A DNA stretch of 26,861 bases from an uncultured Anaerolineae bacterium (GCA_937129505.1 CAKZNJ010000527.1:1-26861), one strand, 5' to 3'; shown: positions 15,856-24,935, numbered from the stretch's first letter. Made by a program: numbers and translations. Notes: generated by a model not told the origin, from the letters alone.

Positions 15856-18198
15856 ATGACGATTTGGTTAGAGCCGCTTGATGTTCATGTGCCAGAGGCT
15901 TTAAGCGGGGCAATTGACGGACACCCTCTGCTCTTGCAGACTCTTGTTCAACGGGGACTGACCGATCCACAAGCTGCGCTGGCTTTTCTCGACCCGCTAG
16001 CCTACCAGCCAAGCTCGCCTTTTGAGATGCCCGGCATGGAACAAACGGTCTGGCGGCTGCAGCGCGCTTTACGGGAGGGGGAGACCATTGGGGTATGGGG
16101 AGATTTTGACGTGGATGGACAGACGGCAACGGCCTTGTTGGTTTCCGCTTTGCGCCGTTTAGGGGGGCGGGTCATCTACCATATCCCGATTCGTGAGCGC
16201 GAGTCGCACGGCGTCAATGTGCCTAATCTCCAAAAGCTTGCAGAGCAGGGAGCAAATCTGTTCTTAACCTGCGATACGGGCGTCAGCGCTGACGAGGCCG
16301 CTGTAGCTGCCCGGCGGTGGGGGTTGGATTTTTTGGTCACCGACCATCATGAACTTCCCCACGAGTTGCCCCCTGCTACCGTTATTGTCAACCCTAAGTT
16401 TTTACCTTCCCATCATCCGTTGCGGCACTTACCCGGTGTCGGGGTTGCCTATAAGGTTATCGAAGCGCTGTATTCCGCCGTGGGGCGGGAAGAGGAGCTA
16501 AGTGACTTATTAGACTTGGTCGCGCTGGGCGTCATCGCAGATGTGGCCGTCCTGCAGGGGGATACTCGTTATCTAGCCCAGCTTGGCATCCAAGTATTGC
16601 GGCAGAACAACCGTCTGGGGTTGCGCCTGCTGTTGGAAAATGCCGAAATGTCTGCCGCAGATTTGACCGAAGAGCAAATTTCCTTTGGTTTGGCGCCGCG
16701 CTTGAACGCCGTGGGGCGTTTGGCAGATGCCAACCCCATGGTCGAGTTCCTCACCACTCGGGATGAGAATTTTGCCCGCCGCCTTGCCAGCGACATCGAG
16801 GGTTTCAATGAGATGCGCAAACGTCTCACCGAGGAAGTTTTTCAAGCTGCCCTGCACCAGATGGAGCAAGATCGCTCGCTGGCAGAACAGGCAGTGTTGG
16901 TCTTATACCACCCGCTGTGGCATCCTGGCGTGGTGGGGATTGTTGCCAGCCGTTTGGTCGAACGCTTTCAGAAGCCGGCGATCTTGCTGTGCGGAGACAA
17001 TGAAAGCGGCGGGCGCGGCTCTGCCCGTTCCGTAGAGGGGGTGAATATCACCCAAGCCATTGCTGCCCATGCCGAAATGCTGAGCAGCTTTGGCGGCCAT
17101 CCCATGGCGGCCGGTTTGGCTTTCGTCCCTGGCGCCGACCTGCCCGAACGCATCGCCCGGTTTCGCCAAGCGATTGCTTACACCGTCCGCGAGATGGTGG
17201 GCGGCCGCGGGTTCGAAGCGCGTTTACAGTTGAGCGCCTACCTGCCTCTCGATCAAGTAGATTGGCTGCTGGCAGAACAATTAGAACGGCTGGCACCATT
17301 CGGGGCGGGCAATCCGGCCCCTCTCTTCGCCGCCCAAAATCTTACTTTGATTGGCTATTCTGAAGTAGGTCGTCAAAACGAGCACCTCATAATGGATGTC
17401 GAAGATGAGCAAGGCAACGGTTATCGGCTGATCTGGTGGCAGGGTTCGGGTTGGTCGTTACCCGAAGGCAAATTCGACCTCGCTTACCGTCTGCGCGGAC
17501 GCAGTTACAGTGGTGAGCGCTATCTCCAGCTCGAATGGGTAGATTTTCGTCTCTCTCCCCAAAAAATCGTGGCGTGGACTTCGGTGGCGGAGATCGAGTT
17601 TGAGGATTACCGCAGAGAGGAGAATCCCGAAAGACGACTGCAAGCCTTACGGGCAGCAGAAGAGCCGCTCGTTTGGGCAGAAGCGGCGGAGAGGTCTGCT
17701 CGGCAGGGAAAAGATCGCACCGAGTTGGTGCAACATCCCCATCTGGTGATCTGGACGATTCCTCCCAGTACAGCCGAGCTGCGCCGTGCTGTCCGACAAG
17801 TGCGCCCGCAGCGCATTTCGTTTTTTGCCATTGATCCCCAAACCGATGACCCCAATCGCTTGCTGGAGCGGCTGCTCGGCTTGCTTAAGTTGGTTTCCAG
17901 CCGCCAAAACGGGCAAACGACCTGGTCTTGGCTAGCAGCGGCAACCTGTCAGAGGGTGGCTGTGGTTCGCCTTGCCGTTCAGGTGCTGGCGGATCAGGGC
18001 TGGATGGAAGTGTTAGCTGCGGATGATCAAGGCTTTACCTTTGAACTGCGCCGCGCAAGAGCCAGTCCAAATGCCGCCGCTCGGCTGTCGGAATTAAAAG
18101 AACAACTGGAGGAATGCCGCGCTTTTCGCCGTTTCTATAGCACATGTTCCATAGATGGCTTGCGCGCTCATCTAGATTGGGAGGGGAAACCGGCATGA
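15856..18198 (+). CDS. recJ: Single-stranded-DNA 5'-3' exonuclease RecJ with a C-terminal extension of about 210 aa
   Basis: GDFDVDG, TCDTG, TDHH, LGVIADV, PRLNAVGR, GSARS, GGHPMAAG and PFGAGNP. Confidence 0.95.
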   Translation: MTIWLEPLDVHVPEALSGAIDGHPLLLQTLVQRGLTDPQAALAFLDPLAYQPSSPFEMPGMEQTVWRLQRALREGETIGVWGDFDVDGQTATALLVSALRRLGGRVIYHIPIRERESHGVNVPNLQKLAEQGANLFLTCDTGVSADEAAVAARRWGLDFLVTDHHELPHELPPATVIVNPKFLPSHHPLRHLPGVGVAYKVIEALYSAVGREEELSDLLDLVALGVIADVAVLQGDTRYLAQLGIQVLRQNNRLGLRLLLENAEMSAADLTEEQISFGLAPRLNAVGRLADANPMVEFLTTRDENFARRLASDIEGFNEMRKRLTEEVFQAALHQMEQDRSLAEQAVLVLYHPLWHPGVVGIVASRLVERFQKPAILLCGDNESGGRGSARSVEGVNITQAIAAHAEMLSSFGGHPMAAGLAFVPGADLPERIARFRQAIAYTVREMVGGRGFEARLQLSAYLPLDQVDWLLAEQLERLAPFGAGNPAPLFAAQNLTLIGYSEVGRQNEHLIMDVEDEQGNGYRLIWWQGSGWSLPEGKFDLAYRLRGRSYSGERYLQLEWVDFRLSPQKIVAWTSVAEIEFEDYRREENPERRLQALRAAEEPLVWAEAAERSARQGKDRTELVQHPHLVIWTIPPSTAELRRAVRQVRPQRISFFAIDPQTDDPNRLLERLLGLLKLVSSRQNGQTTWSWLAAATCQRVAVVRLAVQVLADQGWMEVLAADDQGFTFELRRARASPNAAARLSELKEQLEECRAFRRFYSTCSIDGLRAHLDWEGKPA

Positions 18199-18213
18199 GC
18201 AGGCAGGGCAGAC

Positions 18214-19881
18214 ATGGATGACCGCCGCCTTAAAGCGCGCTATCGGCGCATCATGGCTTTCTTTACCCGCCTAACCGTGCGCTTTATTTTGTGGGAGATC
18301 CTCTTGCCTCGCCTAGGCTTGCGCGCTCTCACGCGTCGCACCCGTTCGCAGCGCATTCAGCAAGCAGCACGAGAGTTTCGCTTGCTCGCTGTGCAGTTAG
18401 GCGGTGTCATGATCAAGGTCGGGCAGTTTCTTTCGGCAAGGTTGGATATCCTCCCGCCCGAAGCGACTGAGGAGTTAGCAGGCTTACAGGACGAAGTCCC
18501 AGCCGAAGATTTCGAAGCCATCCGCCAATTGGCAGAGCAAGAATTAGGCGCACCATTAACCGAGCTTTTCGCTGTGTTTGATCCCTCCCCGTTGGCGGCT
18601 GCTTCTCTGGGTCAGGTCCATCGGGCTTGCCTGCGAGAAGATGCCCCTGCTGCGGCCGATTTCCGCAAAGTGGTTGTCAAAATCCAACGCCCTTATATCG
18701 AAAGCTTAATCGAGGTAGATTTGATGGCTTTGCGACGTTTCGGCGGCTGGTTACAGCGTTATGAGCCGATTCGCCGCCGGGCCGATGTGGCAGCATTAAT
18801 CGAAGAATTTTCCCTCACCATCCGCCGCGAGGTGGATTACCTTGAGGAGGGACAGAATGCCGAAACGTTTGCAGCCAATTTTCGCCAACGGGAGCGGGTA
18901 CATGTGCCCCGCGTGGTTTGGGAGCTGACCACGCAAAGGGTGCTCACCCTAGAAGACGTCTATGCCATCAAAATTACCGACTATGAGGCAATCCGCCAGG
19001 CCGGGATCGACCCCGCTGAGGTTGCCAAAGAACTGTTGGACACCTACTTGCAGCAGATCTTCGAAGACGGTTTTTTTCACGCCGACCCCCATCCCGGCAA
19101 TCTCTTCGTCACCCCGTTGAGTCCTTGTGACGAAGCGGGCTTAACTTGGCGCTTGACCTTTGTTGATTTTGGCATGGTGGGCGAGGTGCCCGCCAATCTG
19201 CGTCAGGGGCTGCGAGAGATGCTGATCGCTGTCGGCACCCGCGACGCTGCCCGTGTTGTGCGGGCTTACCAAACTCTGAATGTGCTGCTGCCCGGCGCGG
19301 ACTTGCAACTGATCGAGCAAGCCGAAGCCCAGCTTTTTGAGCGCTTTTGGGGGATGAACATGCGCGAGCTGACCCAAGTGAGCCACGCCGAGATGATGCG
19401 CTTTGCGCTGCAATTCCGTCAATTGCTCTATGATATGCCGTTCCAAATTCCCCATAATCTGTTGCTTCTTGGCCGCACTGTGGCAATCCTTTCGGGGATG
19501 TGCACGGGTCTGGATCCAAACTTCAACGTGTGGTATCAACTTCAACCGTATGCTGAGAAGCTCATTGCCGCCGAGGCTACCTCGAGCTGGCGAGAATGGG
19601 TAGCTGAAGCGACACAATGGGTACGCTTGCTGTTCATTGTGCCCGGCCGCGCAGACCGAGTGTTGCAGCTCGCCGAGAGCGGCAAGCTAAATGTGCAGAC
19701 CCCTGTGCTCGAGGAACAAATGCGCCGCATAGAAAAAAGCTTGCAACGGCTGTATCTCGCTTTCGTTGCGGGGATCTTCTTTCTCGGCGGAATTTTGTTG
19801 TTCCTTAATGGCGCAAGTGTGGGCGGCGCGCTCTGCCTTGCCCTAGCCGCCCTGTTGTTCTTGTGGTCTTTTGCAAAATAA
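18214..19881 (+). CDS. ABC1/AarF/UbiB-family atypical kinase with C-terminal TM helices
   Basis: IKVGQFLS, LQDEVP, AAASLGQVHRA, VVKIQRP, FHADPHPGN and DFGMVG. Confidence 0.92.
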   Translation: MDDRRLKARYRRIMAFFTRLTVRFILWEILLPRLGLRALTRRTRSQRIQQAAREFRLLAVQLGGVMIKVGQFLSARLDILPPEATEELAGLQDEVPAEDFEAIRQLAEQELGAPLTELFAVFDPSPLAAASLGQVHRACLREDAPAAADFRKVVVKIQRPYIESLIEVDLMALRRFGGWLQRYEPIRRRADVAALIEEFSLTIRREVDYLEEGQNAETFAANFRQRERVHVPRVVWELTTQRVLTLEDVYAIKITDYEAIRQAGIDPAEVAKELLDTYLQQIFEDGFFHADPHPGNLFVTPLSPCDEAGLTWRLTFVDFGMVGEVPANLRQGLREMLIAVGTRDAARVVRAYQTLNVLLPGADLQLIEQAEAQLFERFWGMNMRELTQVSHAEMMRFALQFRQLLYDMPFQIPHNLLLLGRTVAILSGMCTGLDPNFNVWYQLQPYAEKLIAAEATSSWREWVAEATQWVRLLFIVPGRADRVLQLAESGKLNVQTPVLEEQMRRIEKSLQRLYLAFVAGIFFLGGILLFLNGASVGGALCLALAALLFLWSFAK

Positions 19882-19940
19882 AAGCAAGCGGGGGGCGCGA
19901 ATCCTGTCGGGGCAAACAGCCAAATGGCAGAGCACCTGTC

Positions 19941-20174
19941 TTAGGTAGCTTTGGATTCGCTTTCTTCCATGCGTTCGAGCGCCGCGTCGATCAAACTGCG
20001 CCAAGCGAGTAACACTTCTTTGCGCGCTCTTTTCTGGTGAGTGACAAAACCCTGCGGCAACAACTCTTCGATGCTTTTGCGGAATTCTTTGGCCGCGGCG
20101 CGCAGGTGCTGGCGCGTTTCTTCGGGGAGGCAGGATTCGAACGCCTTAGGAGCAGGAGTTTTGTTCTCGTTCAT
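19941..20174 (-). CDS. Small amphipathic helical hypothetical protein (77 aa)
   Basis: GAGGTG RBS then MNENKTP...PEETRQHLRAAAKEFRKSIEELLPQGFVTHQKRARKEVLLAWRSLIDAALERME; TATAAT at 20208-20203. The longer track ORF extends through non-coding palindromes. Confidence 0.72.
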   Translation of the reverse strand: MNENKTPAPKAFESCLPEETRQHLRAAAKEFRKSIEELLPQGFVTHQKRARKEVLLAWRSLIDAALERMEESESKAT

Positions 20175-20271
20175 CTTCACCTCGCTTTCCGTAAGTGTCT
20201 TAATTATACTGCAAAACGACTGTTCTTGACATTGCGTCTCCGCCTGCGATCGTAGCTTTCGCAAGGACATC

Positions 20272-20409
20272 AGAGGAGGAGGATCTCCGTCCTCTACAGG
20301 GGTAGGCGCAGGAGTCCTCGCCTGTGCAGCGCCGCCCATGTCCTTCCGAAGGAGCGGAGCGGCGTGCTCCCTTGCGCCACTCGGCGAAAGGGGATCTCAG
20401 ATCTCCTAC
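20272..20409. repeat. Cluster of GTAG-headed REP-like palindromes
   Basis: Hairpins at 20272-20297 (minus), 20302-20327 (plus) and 20390-20409 (minus), each beginning GTAG; a further GGAGC/GCTCC stem at 20351-20370. Confidence 0.55.
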
Positions 20410-20448
20410 CTTAGGGCGAAGGCGGCCTACTCCCCCGCTTCAAGGAGT

Positions 20449-21261
20449 CTAGCGCCATAGCAAGATGAAAAGCACCGTGAAAGCGGTTGAGACCACCAAC
20501 TGTCGTATGCCTATTCTAGTGGGAGGGACTTTGAATGCCGGCCGCAAACTGCCATAGAGACTCTCCCCCCACTGCAATGCATACGCAAGCCAGAGGTTGG
20601 GTGGGATCAAACCACTCACCCCCAAGGAGAAAGTCAACAGGAAGTTAAAGGTTGTATATGCCAATACCCTCCTTGCCAGGCGCAAACGGTCACCGAGGCG
20701 CGCTGGCACCTCACTCCATTGTCTTTGTTCTAAGCGCAGGTACGCATACACAATGGAAGCTGCAGATTGAAGCCAGCACAACCCCCATAATAACCAGCCA
20801 ACAGGGCGATAACTGCCCTGCCCTACCCACAGCGCTGCCGGCGCAGCCAGCGCTAAGACACCGCTAGCGACCATTTCCATCCCCATCTGCCGCCGTTCAC
20901 TGCGTCGTCCGACCAACCACAAATACCAACCAAAAACCAACCCGGCCGGTACTCCTAACCAAAGCAAGCGTCCATGTCCTAACCATGCAAGCCAAGCGGC
21001 GAAAAACAACAACAAACTGCCATACGCTGCGCTCCAAAACAAAGCTGGGCCTAAATCCGCAGCAGCCCGGCGGCCGCTCCACACTTTGATCGCCATACTC
21101 AGCGGTTGGCGCAAGAGAAAAGCTGACACACTCGCGCCAAACAAGGCAAAGGACGATACACCGCTCGTCCCCCCTATCGACCAACCAATCAGCAAAGGGC
21201 TAAAGAGAAAAACCCAGGAACCATGGTCTTGAGGAATAGCAATGTGTTTTTTGAACACCAT
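20449..21261 (-). CDS. YwiC-like integral membrane protein
   Basis: N-terminal IPQDHGSWVFLFSP matches the YwiC-like PxxHGAW motif; several hydrophobic helices. Alternative TTG start at 21282. Confidence 0.8.
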   Translation of the reverse strand: MVFKKHIAIPQDHGSWVFLFSPLLIGWSIGGTSGVSSFALFGASVSAFLLRQPLSMAIKVWSGRRAAADLGPALFWSAAYGSLLLFFAAWLAWLGHGRLLWLGVPAGLVFGWYLWLVGRRSERRQMGMEMVASGVLALAAPAALWVGQGSYRPVGWLLWGLCWLQSAASIVYAYLRLEQRQWSEVPARLGDRLRLARRVLAYTTFNFLLTFSLGVSGLIPPNLWLAYALQWGESLYGSLRPAFKVPPTRIGIRQLVVSTAFTVLFILLWR

Positions 21262-21416
21262 TCGATAACACTTTTTTTCCAAGTACGAAGGATATTTTTA
21301 CACGAACCCAAAATTTGTCTGTGCTATGGCTAATAGTGGCGAGTTCGAGACCATTTATAACATAAATCATGCGGTTAGGCTCTCCCCAACGACAAACACA
21401 AAATGGTGTGCTTTAC

Positions 21417-21492
21417 AATCAGTAAAATATTACTGATTATGCCATATAATCAGTAAATTTACCTTGACATTATTAACGATTGCATATATAAT
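21417..21492 (+). promoter_or_regulatory. Consensus sigma70 promoter with an upstream palindromic operator and a phased half-site
   Basis: TTGACA (21464-21469)-N17-TATAAT (21487-21492); AATCAGTAA-N4-TTACTGATT (21417-21438); AATCAGTAAA repeated at 21448-21457. Confidence 0.85.
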
Positions 21493-21535
21493 AGATATAT
21501 GAGATAAATATTATTTAGTTTGCAAGGGAGAACCT

Positions 21536-22012
21536 TTGCCCACCTTCCGTAAGCCCATTGACTCGATCGACTTGAAAATCATCCAGCATCTCCAGCAGGA
21601 TGGGCGCAAATCTTACGCCCAAATCGCAGAGGAACTTCAACTCTCCCCCTCATCGATTCAACAGCGGGCTAATCGCTTGATAAAAGAAGGAATACTGATT
21701 GTGAAGGGCATTGTGCATCCTGCCGACTTGCAAGATGTGATCATGGCAATGGTAGCCATCAAAGCGGATGGCAGCAAGATGCACGAGGTCGCCCAAGCTC
21801 TAAGTCATCTGCCAGAAGTACGCTGGGTAGTCATCTGCGCCGGTCAATATGATATTCTGCTCGAGTTGGTCTGCGAGAGCACCGAACATCTGCTGGATAT
21901 CCTTTCTCACAAGATATCGCCCATTGAGGGCGTGCGCGAGACGGTCACTTTTCCGTATCTAGAAATTACCAAACGCACCTATGAATGGATTTGGAGAAAT
22001 GACTCCCAGTAA
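21536..22012 (+). CDS. Lrp/AsnC-family transcriptional regulator
   Basis: IDSIDLKIIQHLQQDGRKSYAQIAEEL..SPSSIQQR HTH plus RAM domain (AGQYDILL); TTG start behind GGGAG. Confidence 0.93.
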   Translation: MPTFRKPIDSIDLKIIQHLQQDGRKSYAQIAEELQLSPSSIQQRANRLIKEGILIVKGIVHPADLQDVIMAMVAIKADGSKMHEVAQALSHLPEVRWVVICAGQYDILLELVCESTEHLLDILSHKISPIEGVRETVTFPYLEITKRTYEWIWRNDSQ

Positions 22013-22097
22013 TTGTCCCAAAACACACCCTTAATCCAACGCCATTTGGAGCCTTAATTAGGAAATCCCTACCAAAGACGAAAGGAGAAAACAGACG

Positions 22098-23612
22098 ATG
22101 ATAGCACCTTCCCCCCTTCCAAAACTTGCTGAACCCAAAACAACCGAAATGCCGCAGGCGCGGCACTATAAGCTGCTCATCGATGGTCAATGGACGGAGG
22201 GCAGCGGCGGTGAGGAAATCGCAGTGCATAGCCCGATCACTGGTGAAATCCTTGGCTATTATCCCAAGGCTAGTCAGGAAGACGTTGACCGTGCCGTCAA
22301 AGCTGCCCGCCGCGCCTTCGAAAAGTGGTGTCTTACGCCACCGTTCGAACGCGCAGCGATGGTACACCGCATGGCAGACGCCATTGAGCGCAATCTGGAA
22401 AAACTCGCTCGCTTGGAGTCCCTCGAAAACGGCAAACCGTATCAAAGCGAAGCAATCCCTTGCGTTCAAGAGACAGCCGAAAACTTCCGCATCGCCGCCG
22501 AAGACATCAAGCGCTTAGAAAGTCCCATCATCCCTTCTCGCGATGGCCACAAACGCATCCTCACCTTCTACCGCCCCTATGGCGTTTGGACCGTGATCAC
22601 ACCGTGGAACTTCCCAACCCTCATCCCCTCCGAGCCGATTGCCCCAGGGTTGGCATCGGGCAACGTCATTATCTTCAAACCCTCCGAGTACACCCCCTTG
22701 ACGGGCATTGCCTTGGTTGAAGCCCTGTTAGAAGCTGACATTCCACCGGATATTATCCAATGCATCCCCGGTGAAGGTCCGACAGTTGGCGATTGGCTGG
22801 TCGCCCATGACGGCGTAGATGCTATCGCCTTCGTCGGTTCCGATCGCACAGGGCGGATGATCGCCTCTCGCGCCGGGCTCAAACATACCTTGTTAGAAAT
22901 GGGTGGCAACGGACCGACGATTATTTTAGACGACGCGGACTTGGAAAAAGCAGCCGAACTGACCGCCTTTGGTTGCTTCTACGACGCTGGGCAGGTTTGT
23001 TGCGCCACCGAGCGCATCCTCGTCCATAAAAAAGCCCATCGAGATTTTGTTGACCTGATCACCGAAGAGGCTAAGAAGATTGTGCTAGGTGATCCCTTCG
23101 ACGAGAACGTCACAATGGGCCCGCTCTGTAATGAAATGACCGCCCTTAAGATGGAACGCCATATTGAAGATGCAGTCAAAAAAGGCGCCAAGCTGATCTA
23201 CGGCGGCAAGCGAGCTAGTGGTTTCCCCACCAATCTCTACTTCGAACCGACAGTCATCGACCAGGTCCCCGAAGATGCGCTCATCCAATACGAAGAATCG
23301 TTCGGGCCCTTAGCGGCTATTACCGTAGCTGCAGACGATGATGAATTAATTCGCCTAGCAAACATGGATCGGTACGGCTTACAAATGGGGCTCTTTACTT
23401 CCAGCCTACATCGCGCTTTCTACTTTATCGAACGTCTGCGCACGGGCAATCTCGTCATCAACGACAACACCGATTACTGGGAACCGCATGTGCCTTTTGG
23501 CGGCGCTGGCGGCACGGTCAGCGGCCATGGCCGCATTGGCGGCAAATATACCATGCTCGATATGGTGTATTTGAACACGGTTGTCATTGACTTTATGAAT
23601 GTCAAGAAGTAG
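22098..23612 (+). CDS. NAD(P)-dependent aldehyde dehydrogenase (probably an aminoaldehyde or succinate-semialdehyde type, from context)
   Basis: ITPWNFP, KPSEYTP, FVGS, LEMGG, GQVCCATER (catalytic Cys), EESFGP and PFGG; AGGAG RBS. Confidence 0.93.
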   Translation: MIAPSPLPKLAEPKTTEMPQARHYKLLIDGQWTEGSGGEEIAVHSPITGEILGYYPKASQEDVDRAVKAARRAFEKWCLTPPFERAAMVHRMADAIERNLEKLARLESLENGKPYQSEAIPCVQETAENFRIAAEDIKRLESPIIPSRDGHKRILTFYRPYGVWTVITPWNFPTLIPSEPIAPGLASGNVIIFKPSEYTPLTGIALVEALLEADIPPDIIQCIPGEGPTVGDWLVAHDGVDAIAFVGSDRTGRMIASRAGLKHTLLEMGGNGPTIILDDADLEKAAELTAFGCFYDAGQVCCATERILVHKKAHRDFVDLITEEAKKIVLGDPFDENVTMGPLCNEMTALKMERHIEDAVKKGAKLIYGGKRASGFPTNLYFEPTVIDQVPEDALIQYEESFGPLAAITVAADDDELIRLANMDRYGLQMGLFTSSLHRAFYFIERLRTGNLVINDNTDYWEPHVPFGGAGGTVSGHGRIGGKYTMLDMVYLNTVVIDFMNVKK

Positions 23613-23680
23613 CACGGCTGAATAGTATCCTAACAACATAAATCCAGCTGAGTTGATGTTTTTTTTGAAGAATCACTCTT

Positions 23681-23737
23681 GGGCGAGGCGAGGCAAAGTC
23701 CATTCCCTCTTCAGCTTTGATCTCCCTCGCGTCGCCC
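23681..23737 (+). other. Long intergenic stem-loop upstream of potD
   Basis: GGGCGAGGCGAGG/CCTCGCGTCGCCC (12 of 13 paired) plus an inner CAAAG/CTTTG stem. Confidence 0.6.
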
Positions 23738-23771
23738 CAATTTCATCATTGTTCGGTAAGGAGTATAGGTA

Positions 23772-24884
23772 ATGAACCGCAATCTGTTTCTTCTATCAAG
23801 TGTGCTTGTTTTTGTCTTGCTCTTGAGTGCTTGTGCTACCGCTACACCGCAGCCCACACAACCCCCGCCACCAACCGAAGCACCAGCTACAGAGAGTCCG
23901 CCCGCCCAGACGACAGGCAAAATCGTGATCTCCAACTGGGATGCATACATGCCTGCCGATTTGGTGGATAAGTTCAAAGCTGAGACCGGCATCGAAGTAG
24001 AAGTTGCCCTTCACGCCACCAACGAAGAGATCGTCGGTAAGCTGGTTGCCTCGAAGGGGCGCGGCTTTGACGTGGTCTTCATGACCGGTCAGTTTGCCGA
24101 TGCAATGGCGAAACTAGGCTTGCTTAGTGAGATCGATTACGGCAAACTCTCTAACGCAGCGAATTTGTATGACGAAGTGCGCCAAATCTCCTTTACTCGC
24201 TATGCTGTTCCCTATACATGGGGAACGACGGGCTTGTGTTACCGCAGCGATTTAGTGAACTATGAGCCTGATAGTTGGTATGATTTGCTGACACCACGCG
24301 AAGAATTAGTCGGTAAGGTGACCATGCTACAAACCGACCGCTGGCTGCTTTTACCTGCTCAGAAAGCGCTTGGATTCTCCGCTAACACCAACAATCCAGA
24401 AGAGATGGAACAGGTTAAAGAGTTGCTGATCCAAGCGAAAAAGACACTCCTCGCCTACGATGACACAACCTTTTACTCGAAGTTGGTTTCAGGCGAAGCT
24501 TATTTGGTCGAAGCTTGGGATGGGTGGTGCAATTATGGTATTGCCGAAAACCCAGACATCCGCTTTGTCATTCCCAAAGAGGGCAGTGACTTGTGGGTAG
24601 ATACGATGGTCATACCGGCTGCTTCTGAGAACAAAGATGCTGCCTATCAATTCATTGACTACATCCTACGCCCTGAGATCGGAACATGGGTGGTTGAAAA
24701 CATCCTCTATAAAGTACCGAGCCAGGCAGTCATGTCGGCAATCGCGGCTGATCTGTTGACTGCCTTCCCCAATTTAGGGATAACCCCCCAAGAATTGCTC
24801 CAACAAGAAGCCCTGCAGGATGTGGGCGAAGCCCAGCAGCTTTATTCCAACATTGTTGCGGAAGTCCTTGCCAGTGGACAATAG
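23772..24884 (+). CDS. potD: Spermidine/putrescine ABC substrate-binding lipoprotein (PotD/PotF-like)
   Basis: Lipobox LLSAC; NWDAYM, TNEE, VPYTWGTTG, WDGW, IPKEGSDLWVD and AYQFIDYILRPE. Confidence 0.9.
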   Translation: MNRNLFLLSSVLVFVLLLSACATATPQPTQPPPPTEAPATESPPAQTTGKIVISNWDAYMPADLVDKFKAETGIEVEVALHATNEEIVGKLVASKGRGFDVVFMTGQFADAMAKLGLLSEIDYGKLSNAANLYDEVRQISFTRYAVPYTWGTTGLCYRSDLVNYEPDSWYDLLTPREELVGKVTMLQTDRWLLLPAQKALGFSANTNNPEEMEQVKELLIQAKKTLLAYDDTTFYSKLVSGEAYLVEAWDGWCNYGIAENPDIRFVIPKEGSDLWVDTMVIPAASENKDAAYQFIDYILRPEIGTWVVENILYKVPSQAVMSAIAADLLTAFPNLGITPQELLQQEALQDVGEAQQLYSNIVAEVLASGQ

Positions 24885-24906
24885 ACAAGGGTCAAATCTT
24901 CGAAGC

Positions 24907-24935
24907 GTGAGAGGTGGGTCCCGCCCATCTCTCAC
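24907..24935 (+). other. Intra-operon stem-loop after potD
   Basis: GTGAGAGGTGGG/CCCATCTCTCAC 12-bp stem (one G:U), 5-nt loop, no U tract. Confidence 0.7.

Noticed and set aside
18195-18221. Second mini-ORF (MSRQGRHG) at the recJ stop
   Set aside because: Out of frame with the kinase; GCA-TGA produces ATGA easily by chance.
20226-20231. Plus-strand TTGACA as a -35
   Set aside because: No -10 at 16-18 bp and no plus-strand gene downstream.
20175-20339. 55-aa N-terminal extension of the small helical protein
   Set aside because: It runs through its own promoter and the REP-like hairpins; the RBS supports ATG 20174.
23635-23666. Terminator after the aldehyde dehydrogenase
   Set aside because: There is a T run, but the preceding stem is weak and AT-rich with several mismatches.
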